A model generated the notes under the pieces. It made no database searches, was not told where the DNA came from, and saw nothing but the letters and a program-made list of their open reading frames with translations. A stretch of 64,000 nt of DNA from Longimicrobiales bacterium (GTDB taxonomy: Bacteria; Gemmatimonadota; Gemmatimonadetes; Longimicrobiales; Gaopeijiaceae), in the NCBI GenBank assembly GCA_041690395.1, contig JAWLHJ010000006.1, positions 134,530 to 198,529 of the forward strand, read 5' to 3'. How positions within the stretch are numbered: position 1 is the first letter of the stretch; every line of letters starts with the position of its first letter. Below, piece after piece: positions 1-9,950 of this stretch. The position numbers and the translations under genes are program-made.

Positions 1-78
1 CCGGCTCGCACCCGTGACGAGCGCGGTACGCCCCCTGAGGCCGTCCTCGGCTCGCCCGTGCTCCGCGCCGTCGGTCAT
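1..78 (-). CDS. SDR-family oxidoreductase, N-terminal fragment (runs off window start)
   Basis: Manual translation [26 protein letters not shown] gives the start of an SDR TGxxxG motif; the ATG overlaps the folE stop (ATGA). Confidence 0.8.
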   Translation of the reverse strand, partial: MTDGAEHGRAEDGLRGRTALVTGASR

Positions 79-674
79 CCCAGTGGCTGGTGGACGCTCG
101 TGGTCAGGCGCAGGAACTCGTCGCGGGTCCGCTGGTCCTCCAGGAACACACCGCGCATGGCCGACGTGATGGTCTTCGAGTTCTGCTTCTGCACGCCGCG
201 CATCATCATGCAGAGGTGGTACGCCTCCACGACGACGGCCACGCCCAGCGGCTGCACGGTATCCCAGAGCGCCTGCGCGATCTGTTCCGTGAGGCGTTCC
301 TGAACCTGGAAGCGACGGGCGAACACCTCGACCAGGCGGGCGAACTTCGAGAGGCCCACGATTTGGCCGTTCGGGATGTAGGCGATGTGCGCCTTCCCGA
401 AGAACGGGAGCATGTGGTGCTCACACATCGAGTACAGCTCGATGTCCTTCACGAGCACCATGCTCTGATGGGACTCCTCGAAGAGCGCGTCCCCTAGCAC
501 ACCTTCGGGTGTCTCGTGATACCCCTTGGTCAGGAAGGTCATGGCCCGCTCGACGCGCTCGGGCGTCTTCGCCATCCCCTCTCGGCTCGGGTCCTCGCCC
601 AGACGCCGGATCATCTCCGCGACGAGATCCTTGAACGGGACACCCTCGAGACCAGCGGCTCCGTCCTTGCTCAT
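75..674 (-). CDS. folE: GTP cyclohydrolase I
   Basis: Motifs [42 protein letters not shown]. Confidence 0.97.
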   Translation of the reverse strand: MSKDGAAGLEGVPFKDLVAEMIRRLGEDPSREGMAKTPERVERAMTFLTKGYHETPEGVLGDALFEESHQSMVLVKDIELYSMCEHHMLPFFGKAHIAYIPNGQIVGLSKFARLVEVFARRFQVQERLTEQIAQALWDTVQPLGVAVVVEAYHLCMMMRGVQKQNSKTITSAMRGVFLEDQRTRDEFLRLTTSVHQPLG

Positions 675-1099
675 GCGTTCTCGCTCTCGCCCCGGTACTC
701 GACCGAGTTGTTGCGGGTCTCACGGATGACGACGCTCGAGAGCGTCACGCCCTCGGGGAGCTCGGGAGCGATGCGGCGCCAGACCGCGACCGCCAGGTTC
801 TCGGTCGATGGGATGATGCCGTCGAGCCAGCGGACCTCGGTGTTCAGGTTCCGGTGATCGACGTCGACGACGACCCGGTCCTGGATCACGTCCTTGAGCT
901 GCTTCAGGTCCATGACGAACCCGGTCTCGGGATCGACCGGCCCCGCGACCGAGACGATCAGCTCGTAGTTGTGGCCGTGCCAGTTCGGATTCGCGCAGTC
1001 CCCGAACACCTCGGAGTTCTTCTCTTCGGACCAGTCCTCACGATGGAGGCGGTGGGCCGAAGCGAAGTGCGCGCGCCTGGTGATGGTGACGATGGGCAT
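671..1099 (-). CDS. 6-pyruvoyl-tetrahydropterin synthase (PTPS/QueD family, PTPS-II-type motif)
   Basis: [18 protein letters not shown] (C-X5-HGH), DHRNLN, STENLA; overlaps folE by 4 bp. Confidence 0.93.
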   Translation of the reverse strand: MPIVTITRRAHFASAHRLHREDWSEEKNSEVFGDCANPNWHGHNYELIVSVAGPVDPETGFVMDLKQLKDVIQDRVVVDVDHRNLNTEVRWLDGIIPSTENLAVAVWRRIAPELPEGVTLSSVVIRETRNNSVEYRGESENA

Positions 1100-1113
1100 G
1101 GGTCCCCGCTACT

Positions 1114-1420
1114 TAGCAGGTCGCTGAAAAAGGGGAGTACCCCGCGTTGGGAGCGCCACGGCCCCGAGCCGTAGGCGGAGCGACGACCGCATAGCCGTAG
1201 CTACGCGGAGGAGCTCCAACGACCGGAACGGGGCCGTGCCGCCCCAACCCTTCAGTTTGTAGGATCATATCATACCACTTGGTGGGCGCATGGGGGTTTC
1301 GCTGGTGATGCGGCGTCACTCCTCGCTCGCCGTAGCGCTGCTATGGCTCGTCGTCGTTCCTTGCCTGACCAGCGAAAGCCCCATGCGCGCGGGGTACTCC
1401 CCTTCTTCAGCGACCTGCTA
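1114..1420. mobile_element. MITE-like non-autonomous element with 33-bp terminal inverted repeats
   Basis: 1114-1146 TAGCAGGTCGCTGAAAAAGGGGAGTACCCCGCG matches the reverse complement of 1388-1420 at 32/33; the outer TA may be a target duplication; two internal hairpins; no transposase ORF. Confidence 0.8.
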
Positions 1421-1427
1421 GGTCCAC

Positions 1428-1488
1428 AAAAGCGTGAAGGCCGGGCCCTCGAGCCCACCTTTCGGTGGGTGGGGGAACCGGCCTCCAC
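1428..1488 (-). terminator. Putative intrinsic terminator after the 6S-like RNA
   Basis: Minus strand GTGGAGGCCGG...CCGGCCTTCAC stem enclosing CCCACC-GAAA-GGTGGG, followed by GCTTTTG. Confidence 0.55.
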
Positions 1489-1639
1489 TGCGCATCGGAG
1501 GGTATTATTGAAGCCCGGGATGAATTGATGGTGACCTCCCCGAACACTTCCGCTTTCCCTCGAGGGGCATAGCGTCGGGCTCGAGAGTCAGTCCCGGCTT
1601 CTCTTGTGTTGGCTCAATAAGTGGTTCTCCGACACGCAG
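1488..1639 (-). ncRNA. ssrS: 6S RNA (probable)
   Basis: The ends pair (CTGCGTGTCGGAG..TTATTGAGCC with GGGCTTCAATAA..CTCCGATGCGCAG) around an A-rich bubble; TGAGCCAACA and GGGCTTCAA resemble conserved 6S bubble-flanking strings; TATATT -10 box at 1644-1649; terminator downstream. Confidence 0.72.
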
Positions 1640-1686
1640 CCTGAATATACCGGGGCCTCCGCGTCGGCGACAGGGGCCCCACCCTC

Positions 1687-2550
1687 TCAACCGCGAAAGC
1701 CTCTGAGCCGCCCCAGATTTCTCAGGTCACCCTCAACCGGGTCGTCCCCCTTCGGCGTCTCGAGCACCTTCGGCACATGGCGCAGCCGCTCGTCCGTCAT
1801 GATCCTGCGGAACGGCTCGTCGCCGAGCGTCCCCATGCCGATCTCCTCGTGGCGGTCCTTGCGGGAGTCGAACGGGTGCTTCGAGTCGTTCAGGTGGATG
1901 AGCCCCAGACGCTCGAGTCCCAGCACGCGGTCGAACGCGTCCCAGACCCCGTCGTAGTCGTTCACCAGATCGTATCCGGCGCTGTACGCGTGGCACGTGT
2001 CGAAGCAGATGCCGAGCCGGTGCTGGAGCTCGTCCGGGATGTGGTCCAGGATGACCCGCAGATTCTCGAACGACGCCCCGACCGTGGTCCCGCTCCCGGC
2101 CGTCAGCTCCAGAAGCACCCGCGTCGGTCCGTCCACGGCCTCGAGGCAGCGCTTGATCCCGTCCGCGTTCCGCTCGAGGCCGGCCTCCACGTCGTTGTCC
2201 GTCGCGTTCCCCGGATGCGTGACCAGGAAGTCCAGCTCCAGCAGGGCGCACCGCTCCAACTCCGCCTGGAACGACTTGCGGGACATCCCGCGCAGCCTTC
2301 CGTCCGGCGACGAGAGATTGATCAGATAGGAGTCGTGAGCGCCGGCGACCTCGATCTGGTGCTCCCGCCGAGCCTCGCGGAAGGCCTCCGCCTCCTCCTC
2401 CGAGATGGTCGGCTCGGCCCAGCGGCTGGGCTGCTTCGTGAAGAGCTGGAGGACCACGGACTCGATCGCCCGGGCCCGGGCGGGGGCGTTGCTGACCCCT
2501 CCCTGGGCGGAAACGTGGGCTCCGAGCTCGTCGCGTGGCTGATCCGTCAT
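1687..2550 (-). CDS. nfo: Endonuclease IV (AP endonuclease family 2)
   Basis: LGAHVS, HDSYLINL, HPG, CFDTCHAY, HLNDSK, DRHEEIG, LETP. Confidence 0.96.
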   Translation of the reverse strand: MTDQPRDELGAHVSAQGGVSNAPARARAIESVVLQLFTKQPSRWAEPTISEEEAEAFREARREHQIEVAGAHDSYLINLSSPDGRLRGMSRKSFQAELERCALLELDFLVTHPGNATDNDVEAGLERNADGIKRCLEAVDGPTRVLLELTAGSGTTVGASFENLRVILDHIPDELQHRLGICFDTCHAYSAGYDLVNDYDGVWDAFDRVLGLERLGLIHLNDSKHPFDSRKDRHEEIGMGTLGDEPFRRIMTDERLRHVPKVLETPKGDDPVEGDLRNLGRLRGFRG

Positions 2551-2774
2551 CGACCCATCCTCATCGGAAAAAAGTGCTGGTTCGGTAAGAAGGTACTACG
2601 GACGGCACCGGCGGCGGCAGCGCGCCGACCGCATCGCACATAGGGCAAGGCACTGTCGCACAATCACTTGAGGAACCTCCACGGAAGGCGTCGCTACCCG
2701 CCGCCCTCGGGCACGCCCCTTGAACAAGAGAGGGCACCCCCCAACCACCCCGAAACGCGCGGAGCCCCCACCCA

Positions 2775-3215
2775 ATGCGCATCGCCACCGACGGATACAT
2801 CGACCTGACCGACGCCCGCTACGTCCGGACGCCCGGCGCCCATAACGACAACGTAGAGCCCCTCCCGGAAGGCGAGGCGCTCTCGTTCCTGCTGTCGCAC
2901 GACTTCCCGGGACACCGGCGCGTCGTGCGCCCGCTCTCGCTGGACGAGCGCAAGCGGATCGCACTGGCGCGTTGGGCCGATTCGGTCTCGGAGCGCATGG
3001 CCATCGTCGACCGTGTGTGGCGCGCCATCACGGTGCCGGTACCGGCGCCGGCAAACCCCGAGAAGCCCGAGCTGATCCAGGTCCTCCGCTTCCGCGACCG
3101 GGACTACCCTCTGTACCTTGACGGGGCCCGGACGCGCGTCATTGCGGACGCCAAGCCGAAGGGCAAGCGGCTCGAGCGGTCCATGATCATGGACTTCGAT
3201 CTCAAGATCGCCTGA
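2775..3215 (+). CDS. Hypothetical protein
   Basis: 146-aa ATG ORF with normal composition and GGAG upstream; fills the nfo-fumC gap; no motif recognised. Confidence 0.75.
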   Translation: MRIATDGYIDLTDARYVRTPGAHNDNVEPLPEGEALSFLLSHDFPGHRRVVRPLSLDERKRIALARWADSVSERMAIVDRVWRAITVPVPAPANPEKPELIQVLRFRDRDYPLYLDGARTRVIADAKPKGKRLERSMIMDFDLKIA

Positions 3216-3391
3216 AACGATGACTCGCCGGTCCGGAGCGCTTCGAGCGGCCGGTCGGCAGCTGGCGCCCACGCTCGTTCGATGTGGGTCTACGCCCTGG
3301 GGGGGGCGTGCCAGGAGCGGCGGCAGGTGCGCGCACCTGCCGTCGCTCGAATCGTTTCGGGCCCGAGCTTCCAGGCTCCAGGACGCCGGCG

Positions 3392-4783
3392 CTACTCCGG
3401 GAGCCCCGGCTCGGTCATCCCCCGCACGTCCAGAGCGTCGTCGATCTGGTCTTCGGGAAGAAGGCCCTTCTCGAGCACGATCTGGCGCACGCTGACCCCA
3501 CGCGCGGCCGATTCCTTGGCCACCACGGCGGCCGCGTCGTAGCCGATGTAGGGGTTCAGCGCCGTCGCGATGGACGGGTTCAGCTCGAGCAGCTCCCGCG
3601 CCCGCTCCTCGTTCGCCTCGATGCCGGCGACGCAGCGATCGGCGAACAGCCGGGCCACGTTCGCGAGCAGCGTGATCGACTCGAGCAACGCATGGGCCAG
3701 GACGGGCATCATGACGTTGAGCTCGAAGTTGCCGCGGCTCCCGGCGACGGTGATGGTCGCGTGGTTCCCCATGACGCGCGCGGCGACCATCATCATGGCC
3801 TCCGAGAGCACCGGGTTGACCTTGCCCGGCATGATCGAGGAGCCGGGCTGGATGGCGGGGAGCCGGATCTCCGAGAGGCCGGAGGTCGGACCCGAACCGA
3901 GCCACCGGACATCGTCGGCGATCTTCATGAAGCTGGTCGCGACGGTGTTCAGGGCACCGGCGACCTGCACCGCGGCATCCTTGGCGCCCTGGGCCTCGAA
4001 GTGGTCATCGGCCTCACGGAACGGCACCCCGGACGCACCGGCGATCCTCGCGATGGTCTTCTCCGCGAAGCGCTCGTGCGTGTTGATGCCCGTTCCCGTC
4101 GCCGTCCCGCCGAGCGCGAGCTCCTCGAGCTCGACCGCGGCGACCCGCACCCGCTCCATGCCCTTCTGGACCTGGGTGGCGTATCCGCGGAACTCCTGCC
4201 CGAGCCGGACCGGAGTGGCGTCCATGAGGTGCGTCCGCCCGGACTTCAGGACACCGTCGAACGCCTCCGCCTTCTCGGCGAGCGCCGCCCGCAGGTGCTC
4301 CAGCGCGGGAAGAAGCTCCTCGTCGATGGCGACGCGCGCCGCGACGTGGATGGCGGTCGGGATCACGTCGTTCGAGGACTGCCCGAAGTTCACGTGATCG
4401 TTCGGATGGACCTTCGTCTCTCCACCCGCGATCTGCGTCGCTCGCCGGGCGACCACCTCGTTGGTGTTCATGTTGGTCGAGGTCCCCGAGCCCGTCTGGT
4501 AGATGTCGAGGACGAACTGGCCGTCCCACTTGCCGTCCGCGACCTCGCCCGCGGCCTCCACGATGGCCCGGACGATGTCCGCGTCGACCGTGCCCAGCTC
4601 GGCGTTCGTCTCGGCGGCCGCTCTCTTGATCCACCCGAGCGCCTGGATGAAGCGCCTTCCGAAGCGCTGTCCGCTGATCGGAAAGTTCTCGACCGCCCGC
4701 TGGGTCTGGGGGCCGTAGAGCGCGTCGGCGGGCACCTTCATCTCGCCCAGGGAGTCCTTCTCGGTCCGGAACTGGTCAGCCAT
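3392..4783 (-). CDS. fumC: Class II fumarate hydratase
   Basis: [50 protein letters not shown]; start placed at MADQF. Confidence 0.95.
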   Translation of the reverse strand: MADQFRTEKDSLGEMKVPADALYGPQTQRAVENFPISGQRFGRRFIQALGWIKRAAAETNAELGTVDADIVRAIVEAAGEVADGKWDGQFVLDIYQTGSGTSTNMNTNEVVARRATQIAGGETKVHPNDHVNFGQSSNDVIPTAIHVAARVAIDEELLPALEHLRAALAEKAEAFDGVLKSGRTHLMDATPVRLGQEFRGYATQVQKGMERVRVAAVELEELALGGTATGTGINTHERFAEKTIARIAGASGVPFREADDHFEAQGAKDAAVQVAGALNTVATSFMKIADDVRWLGSGPTSGLSEIRLPAIQPGSSIMPGKVNPVLSEAMMMVAARVMGNHATITVAGSRGNFELNVMMPVLAHALLESITLLANVARLFADRCVAGIEANEERARELLELNPSIATALNPYIGYDAAAVVAKESAARGVSVRQIVLEKGLLPEDQIDDALDVRGMTEPGLPE

Positions 4784-4872
4784 GGGAAACGTGTCTCTTC
4801 GGGTGTGGATGTGGGTCGTGCTCAATCTACGCGCCGCCGGGCGGGGGTGAAGCCCTCCCGGTACGCCAGCGC

Positions 4873-5583
4873 TCAGCCCTTCTTCGGCTGGCTCGGACGC
4901 ATCTCGATCCGGCTCACGTGTGCTTCCTTCGGATACGCGAGCAGCTGCATGACCGCGAGGGCGCAGTCGTCCGGCTCGAGCCGCCAGGTCCGACCCGAGC
5001 TCGGCTCCGTCTGGTTGAAGTGGGTGTCGACGCTGCCGGGCATCACGACGCTCACGCGGATGTCGTCGTAGCGGACGTCCAGCATCATCGCCTCGGTCAT
5101 GCCGAGCACGCCGAACTTGCTGGCGTTGTAGCCCGTGCCGCCCGCGAACGTGTTACGGCCCGCCAGCGACCCGATGTTGATGATGAAGCCGTCCCCGCTC
5201 GCGCTCAGGGGCTTCAGGGCCGCCTTGGAGCAGTAGAAGACGCCGCCGAGGTTCACGTCGATCTGGCGCCGCCACTCTTCCACGGAGAGCTCGGAAATCG
5301 GCTTGAAGACCCCGACGCCCGCGTTGTTCACGAGGATGTCCAGGCGGCCCAGCCGACGTACGGTCTCGTCGACGAGCGTCTGACAGGCGTCCGGGTCGGC
5401 CACGTCGCACGGGATGCCGATGGCCAGATCACCGAGCTCATTCGCCGTCGCCTCGACGTCGCTGGCGGTACGGGAGCTCACCACGACCCGGCACCCCGCT
5501 TCGACGAGACGCGCGGCGATCGCTCGTCCGATTCCCTTGGTACTTCCGGTCACGATCGCGACTTTTCCGCTAGGGTCGGGCAT
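4873..5583 (-). CDS. SDR-family oxidoreductase
   Basis: [17 protein letters not shown]; start at MPDPSG after GAAGGAG. Confidence 0.93.
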   Translation of the reverse strand: MPDPSGKVAIVTGSTKGIGRAIAARLVEAGCRVVVSSRTASDVEATANELGDLAIGIPCDVADPDACQTLVDETVRRLGRLDILVNNAGVGVFKPISELSVEEWRRQIDVNLGGVFYCSKAALKPLSASGDGFIINIGSLAGRNTFAGGTGYNASKFGVLGMTEAMMLDVRYDDIRVSVVMPGSVDTHFNQTEPSSGRTWRLEPDDCALAVMQLLAYPKEAHVSRIEMRPSQPKKG

Positions 5584-5655
5584 GCTTGCTTCTCCTTCTA
5601 TCTTCGGGTGAGGCGGGGCGCCCGCCTGGACGCCGACTCGACATGGAGTGTCGCC

Positions 5656-6411
5656 ATGAAAGGACCCTCGTCGCAACGCGTCGCTCTCGTCACGGGGGGC
5701 GCCGTCCGTGTGGGGGCGGCCATCAGCCAAGGTCTCGCGAAGGCCGGATACGACCTGGTGGTCACCTACCGCTCTTCGGAAGGCCCCGCGCGTGAGCTCG
5801 AAGAGCGCGTTCGCTCCCTCGGACGCCGATGCGCGCTCGTTTGGGCCGACCTCGCCGAACCGCGGGGCTGCGCCTCCGTGGTTCGGGCCGCCGACGATGC
5901 CTACGGGCGCCTCGACCTGGTGGTGAACTCGGCGGCGAGCTTCGCCTCACGCCCGCTCGAAGCCGTGAACGCCGCCGCGTGGGACGCCGTGATGGCGGTC
6001 AACGTCCGTGCGCCACACCTGGTGGTGAGGGCCGCCGCGGAGCTCCTGCGGGCCGCGAATGGTTCGGTCGTCAACATCGCCGACCTCTCGGCCCTGGAAC
6101 CATGGGTGCGGTATCCCGACCACTCGGTGTCGAAGGCCGCGCTCGTCCACCTCACCAAGGTGCAAGCGAGAGCGCTCGCGCCCGACGTACGGGTCAACGC
6201 CGTGGCACCGGGGGCGGTGCTCCGACCGGACGACCAGTCCGACGAGGAGTGGGCGCGCCTGGGCGATGCCGCGCCGCTGCGACGCACCGGATCGCCCCAG
6301 GACGTCGTGGACGCGGTGCTCTACCTGGCCGAGGCGAGCTTCGTGACCGGGCAGATCCTCGCGGTGGACGGGGGACGCTCGCTCGGGTCCACGACGGCGC
6401 TGCAGGGATAG
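5656..6411 (+). CDS. SDR-family oxidoreductase, pteridine reductase/FolM-like
   Basis: TGGAVRVG (the Arg is typical of pteridine reductases), VNSAASF, VNIAD, VRVNAVAPG, VDGG; start at MKGPSS after GGAG. Confidence 0.85.
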   Translation: MKGPSSQRVALVTGGAVRVGAAISQGLAKAGYDLVVTYRSSEGPARELEERVRSLGRRCALVWADLAEPRGCASVVRAADDAYGRLDLVVNSAASFASRPLEAVNAAAWDAVMAVNVRAPHLVVRAAAELLRAANGSVVNIADLSALEPWVRYPDHSVSKAALVHLTKVQARALAPDVRVNAVAPGAVLRPDDQSDEEWARLGDAAPLRRTGSPQDVVDAVLYLAEASFVTGQILAVDGGRSLGSTTALQG

Positions 6412-6507
6412 CGGGACCCACGCTCCGGCGCCCACCTAGCCCCCCACGCGCCTGTCGGGCGCGACGAAGGCGGGCGCGACGAAGGCGGGCGGGACGTGCC
6501 GGGCGGC

Positions 6508-7545
6508 TCAGCCGACCGGCGTCTTCCCCGCGGTGACGTCGGCGTGCGCCTCGGTTCCCCCGCTCGTTCCGGGGCCTCCGTGGGCGAGCCACCGCTCCGC
6601 TTCGAGCGCGGCCATGCACCCGGTTCCTGCGGCCGTGACCGCCTGGCGGTAGAAGTCGTCCATCACGTCACCGGCGGCGAACACGCCCGGCACGGATGTC
6701 TGGGTCCGCCAGGGGATGGGGGTCTCCACGTACCCGTTCTCCTTCAACGCGATGGCCCCCTTCAGAAACGCCGTATTGGGATCGTGCCCGATGGCCACGA
6801 ACAGCCCCCCCACCTCGAGCGAGCTCTCGGCCCCGGTCTCGGTATCCCTGAGGCGCAGCCCCGTGATCGACTCGTCGCCCTCGACCTCGGTGACGACCTT
6901 GTTCCACTCCACCCGGATCTTCTCGTGCTCGAGCGCCCGCTCGGCCATGATCTTGGAGGCACGGAACTCGTCGCGTCGGTGCACGATGACGACCTCCTTC
7001 GCGAACTTCGCGAGGTACAGCGCGTCTTCCATGGCCGAGTCGCCGCCGCCGACCACCGCCAGGACCTTGTCCCGGAAGTGGGGAAGCGCGCCGTCACACA
7101 CCGCGCAGGCGCTCACGCCGCCTCCGGACTGGGCGAGCCGCTCTTCGTTCGGGAGCCCCAGCCACCTGGCGTTGGCGCCCGTCGCGACGATGACCGTGTC
7201 GGCCAGCACTTCGGCCCCGCCACTCGACTCGATGCGGAACGGGTGGCTCGACACGTCGACCGAGACGACATCCTCCCACACGGAACGCGTACCGAAGCGC
7301 AACGCCTGGGCGCGCATCTCGGCCATGAGCTCCTGGCCGGTCACCCCGTCCTTGAAGCCCGGGTAGTTCTCGACTTCGGTCGTGAACATGAGCTGGCCAC
7401 CGGGAATCATGGTCCGGCTTCCGGCGCCCTCGAAGACGAACGGCTCCATCTGGGCGCGCGCCGCGTAGATGGCGGCGGTCCAGGACGCCGGCCCGGATCC
7501 GATGATGACGACGGTCTCGCGCTCACGGGGTCCTTTCTCGCCCAT
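6508..7545 (-). CDS. trxB: Thioredoxin-disulfide reductase
   Basis: IIGSGPA, GGQL, VENYPG, CAVCDG redox motif, [24 protein letters not shown]. Confidence 0.95.
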   Translation of the reverse strand: MGEKGPRERETVVIIGSGPASWTAAIYAARAQMEPFVFEGAGSRTMIPGGQLMFTTEVENYPGFKDGVTGQELMAEMRAQALRFGTRSVWEDVVSVDVSSHPFRIESSGGAEVLADTVIVATGANARWLGLPNEERLAQSGGGVSACAVCDGALPHFRDKVLAVVGGGDSAMEDALYLAKFAKEVVIVHRRDEFRASKIMAERALEHEKIRVEWNKVVTEVEGDESITGLRLRDTETGAESSLEVGGLFVAIGHDPNTAFLKGAIALKENGYVETPIPWRTQTSVPGVFAAGDVMDDFYRQAVTAAGTGCMAALEAERWLAHGGPGTSGGTEAHADVTAGKTPVG

Positions 7546-7549
7546 CTGA

Positions 7550-8554
7550 CTACTCCTTGAAGACCTTCATGTTGGTCGAATGCCCAGGGTTCACGCGCGC
7601 CGAGGGATCGACGAAGTGTACCGCGTTGTTCACGGCTACGGCTGCCTCAGCGAAACCCGTGGCGATGAGGTCGAGTTTCCCTTCGTAGTCGACGATGTCG
7701 CCCGCGGCATAGATGCCGGGAACGTTCGTGCCCATCTGCCGGTCGACGAGAATCCGGTTCTTGTCCACCTCGAGCCCCCAGTTCTTGATGGGGCCGAGGT
7801 CGGGCTTGAAGCCGAGGCAGGAGATCACGACGTCACACGGGACGTCCTTGTCCTCGTCCGTCCGGTTGTCGTAGATCGTCACCCGCTCGATGCAACCGTT
7901 CCCGTGGATCTCCCGGACCTCGTGGAACGTCTTGAGGTCGATCTCGCCGGCGGCCGCCGCGGCCTCCATCTGCTCCACGGTCGCGCCGTGGGCCCGCCAC
8001 CCGTCTCGCCGGTGCACGAGCGTGATGGTCTCGGCCGAATCCTTCAGCATGAGCACGAAGTCGAGCGCCGAGTCACCGCCCCCGACGATCATCACCCGCT
8101 TGCCGCGGAAGGCCTCCGGATCGCGCACCGCGAACTCCACACCCTTGTACATGAAGTCGTCGTACCCCGGGCAGGCGAGCTTCATGGGCTCGAAGGCGCC
8201 CTTGCCTCCGGCGATGACGATCGAGCGGCTCCGGAGGACCGCGCCGGAGCACGTCAGCACGAAGTGGTCGCCTTCCCGCGTGAGGGTCCTCACCTGCTGG
8301 TCGAGCACGATCTCCGGATCGAACTGCATCGCCTGCTTGATGAGGTTCCGGGAGAGGTCCTTGGCCAGGATCTTGGGATACCCGCCCACGTCGAAGATGT
8401 ACTTCTCCGGGTAGAGGGCCATGAGCTGGCCCCCGAGTTCGGGGAGGGAATCCACGATGCGGCAGGTCGAGCCGCGCATGCCGGCGTAGAACGCGGCGAA
8501 CAGCCCCGTGGGGCCTCCGCCGATGATCGTGATGTCTCGAATTTCGTCTGCCAT
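7550..8554 (-). CDS. TrxB-like ferredoxin-NADP+ reductase (YumC type)
   Basis: [31 protein letters not shown], terminal PGHST; no CxxC. Confidence 0.9.
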   Translation of the reverse strand: MADEIRDITIIGGGPTGLFAAFYAGMRGSTCRIVDSLPELGGQLMALYPEKYIFDVGGYPKILAKDLSRNLIKQAMQFDPEIVLDQQVRTLTREGDHFVLTCSGAVLRSRSIVIAGGKGAFEPMKLACPGYDDFMYKGVEFAVRDPEAFRGKRVMIVGGGDSALDFVLMLKDSAETITLVHRRDGWRAHGATVEQMEAAAAAGEIDLKTFHEVREIHGNGCIERVTIYDNRTDEDKDVPCDVVISCLGFKPDLGPIKNWGLEVDKNRILVDRQMGTNVPGIYAAGDIVDYEGKLDLIATGFAEAAVAVNNAVHFVDPSARVNPGHSTNMKVFKE

Positions 8555-8647
8555 GAGCCGCGAAGCGTGCCCCGGTTCCGGGGCACGCGGGAGGTGCGAG
8601 TCCGTGGTCGGATGAGCGCCACAAGTGTAACGCCGCCCCCGGACCGA

Positions 8648-9940
8648 TCAAACGGCGGCGGACTCGCCCTCGGATCCCTCGCCCAGGTAGAAGTCCGAGC
8701 GCCGGTAGCGCGCCAGCCCCCGGGTGATCAGGAGCTTCCCGACCGCGGCGGCGGGCACCCCGATGAGGAGGCCGGCGAAGCCGAAGAAGTACCCGCCCGC
8801 GGTCAGCGCCAGCACGACCCAGACGGGGTGGAGGCCCACCGAGTCGCCGACGATCTTCGGCGAGATCACCGTGCCTTCGAGCCCCTGCGCGACGCCGTAC
8901 ACGCCGATCACCTTCAGGATCGAGATACCCACCGAGCCGCTCAGGAGGGCGATGACGAGGGCCGGCACCAGGCTGAGCACGAGTCCGAGGTACGGCACCA
9001 CCGAGAAGATGGCCACGATCAGCCCGAGCGTCGCTGCGTACGGGAATCCGACGATCCAGAGTCCCAGGCCGGTCACCAGGCCGATGACACCCGCCACCGT
9101 GAGCTGTCCGCGTAGATAGCCCGCTACGATCCGGTCGGCCTCTCCGGCGAGCTCGACGACGCGTTCCCGACGATCGTGTGGGACGAGGTCGGCGAGCGAA
9201 GTGGTGATGCCGTCCCAGTCGCGAAGGAGATAGAAGACCAGGACGGGCGTGAGCGCCACGTAACCGAGAATGGTCAGCACCGATCCGATGCCGCGTCCGA
9301 GCCCGAGCACCCCGTCCCATACCCACTGCCCGAGGGCCGACTGACGCTCCTGCAGGAAGGCGACCACCGCATCGCCGTCGACGGAACGGAGCCGCTCGAG
9401 CAGCGCTTCTTCGTCGACGAGCGGGATGTCGAGGGCGCCGAATCCCGCCGGCGGGTTCTCGAGCCAGTCCGCGATGCGCTCCAGCAGGTCGGGGATGTCG
9501 GAGAGAATGGCGCCCACCTGGCGTGCCGCCGCCGGGATCGCGAGAAACACCAGGAGCGCCAGCGCGCCCAGGGCGGGAAGCGTGAGCAGCAGGATGGCCA
9601 CCGTCCGGGAGAGCCCCCGTCCCTGCATCCAGTCCACCACCGGATCGAGGATGTATGCCATCACGACCGCCAGGATGAACGGCGCGAGCAGGGTGCCCGT
9701 GGTGGACAGAAGCCACACTCCAGTCAGCAGGCCGGCGGTGCCGACCAGCAGACCGTGTCCGTCGCGGTCCCGGTAGGGCATCAGAAGCGCCCAGAAGACC
9801 AGGAAGAGGAAGACCGGGTTCAGGATCGAGCGGGTCGCGTACAGGAACATCGCGAGCACGAGCACGACCGCCGCGGCCTCGACCCACCGCCACGACGGAT
9901 TCGAGGAACGTTCGGCGCTCATGGACCCTCGCTCACTCAC
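8648..9940 (-). CDS. AI-2E family transporter
   Basis: Polytopic; LAPFILAVVMAYILDPVV, YLRGQL, VPYLG, PKIVGDSVGLHP; start may be 9922. Confidence 0.9.
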   Translation of the reverse strand: MSERGSMSAERSSNPSWRWVEAAAVVLVLAMFLYATRSILNPVFLFLVFWALLMPYRDRDGHGLLVGTAGLLTGVWLLSTTGTLLAPFILAVVMAYILDPVVDWMQGRGLSRTVAILLLTLPALGALALLVFLAIPAAARQVGAILSDIPDLLERIADWLENPPAGFGALDIPLVDEEALLERLRSVDGDAVVAFLQERQSALGQWVWDGVLGLGRGIGSVLTILGYVALTPVLVFYLLRDWDGITTSLADLVPHDRRERVVELAGEADRIVAGYLRGQLTVAGVIGLVTGLGLWIVGFPYAATLGLIVAIFSVVPYLGLVLSLVPALVIALLSGSVGISILKVIGVYGVAQGLEGTVISPKIVGDSVGLHPVWVVLALTAGGYFFGFAGLLIGVPAAAVGKLLITRGLARYRRSDFYLGEGSEGESAAV

Positions 9941-9950
9941 CGACCCTCGC

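Noticed and set aside
671..1099. Calling this gene queD
   Set aside because: C-X5-HGH motif and no queC/queE in view favour PTPS-II; symbol withheld.
1113..1690. Small ORFs of 61-72 aa
   Set aside because: They lie within the MITE-like element and 6S-like RNA and lack protein motifs.
6456..6491. 15-bp tandem repeat CGGGCGCGACGAAGG, about 2.4 copies
   Set aside because: Short local duplication between convergent genes; no sign of function.
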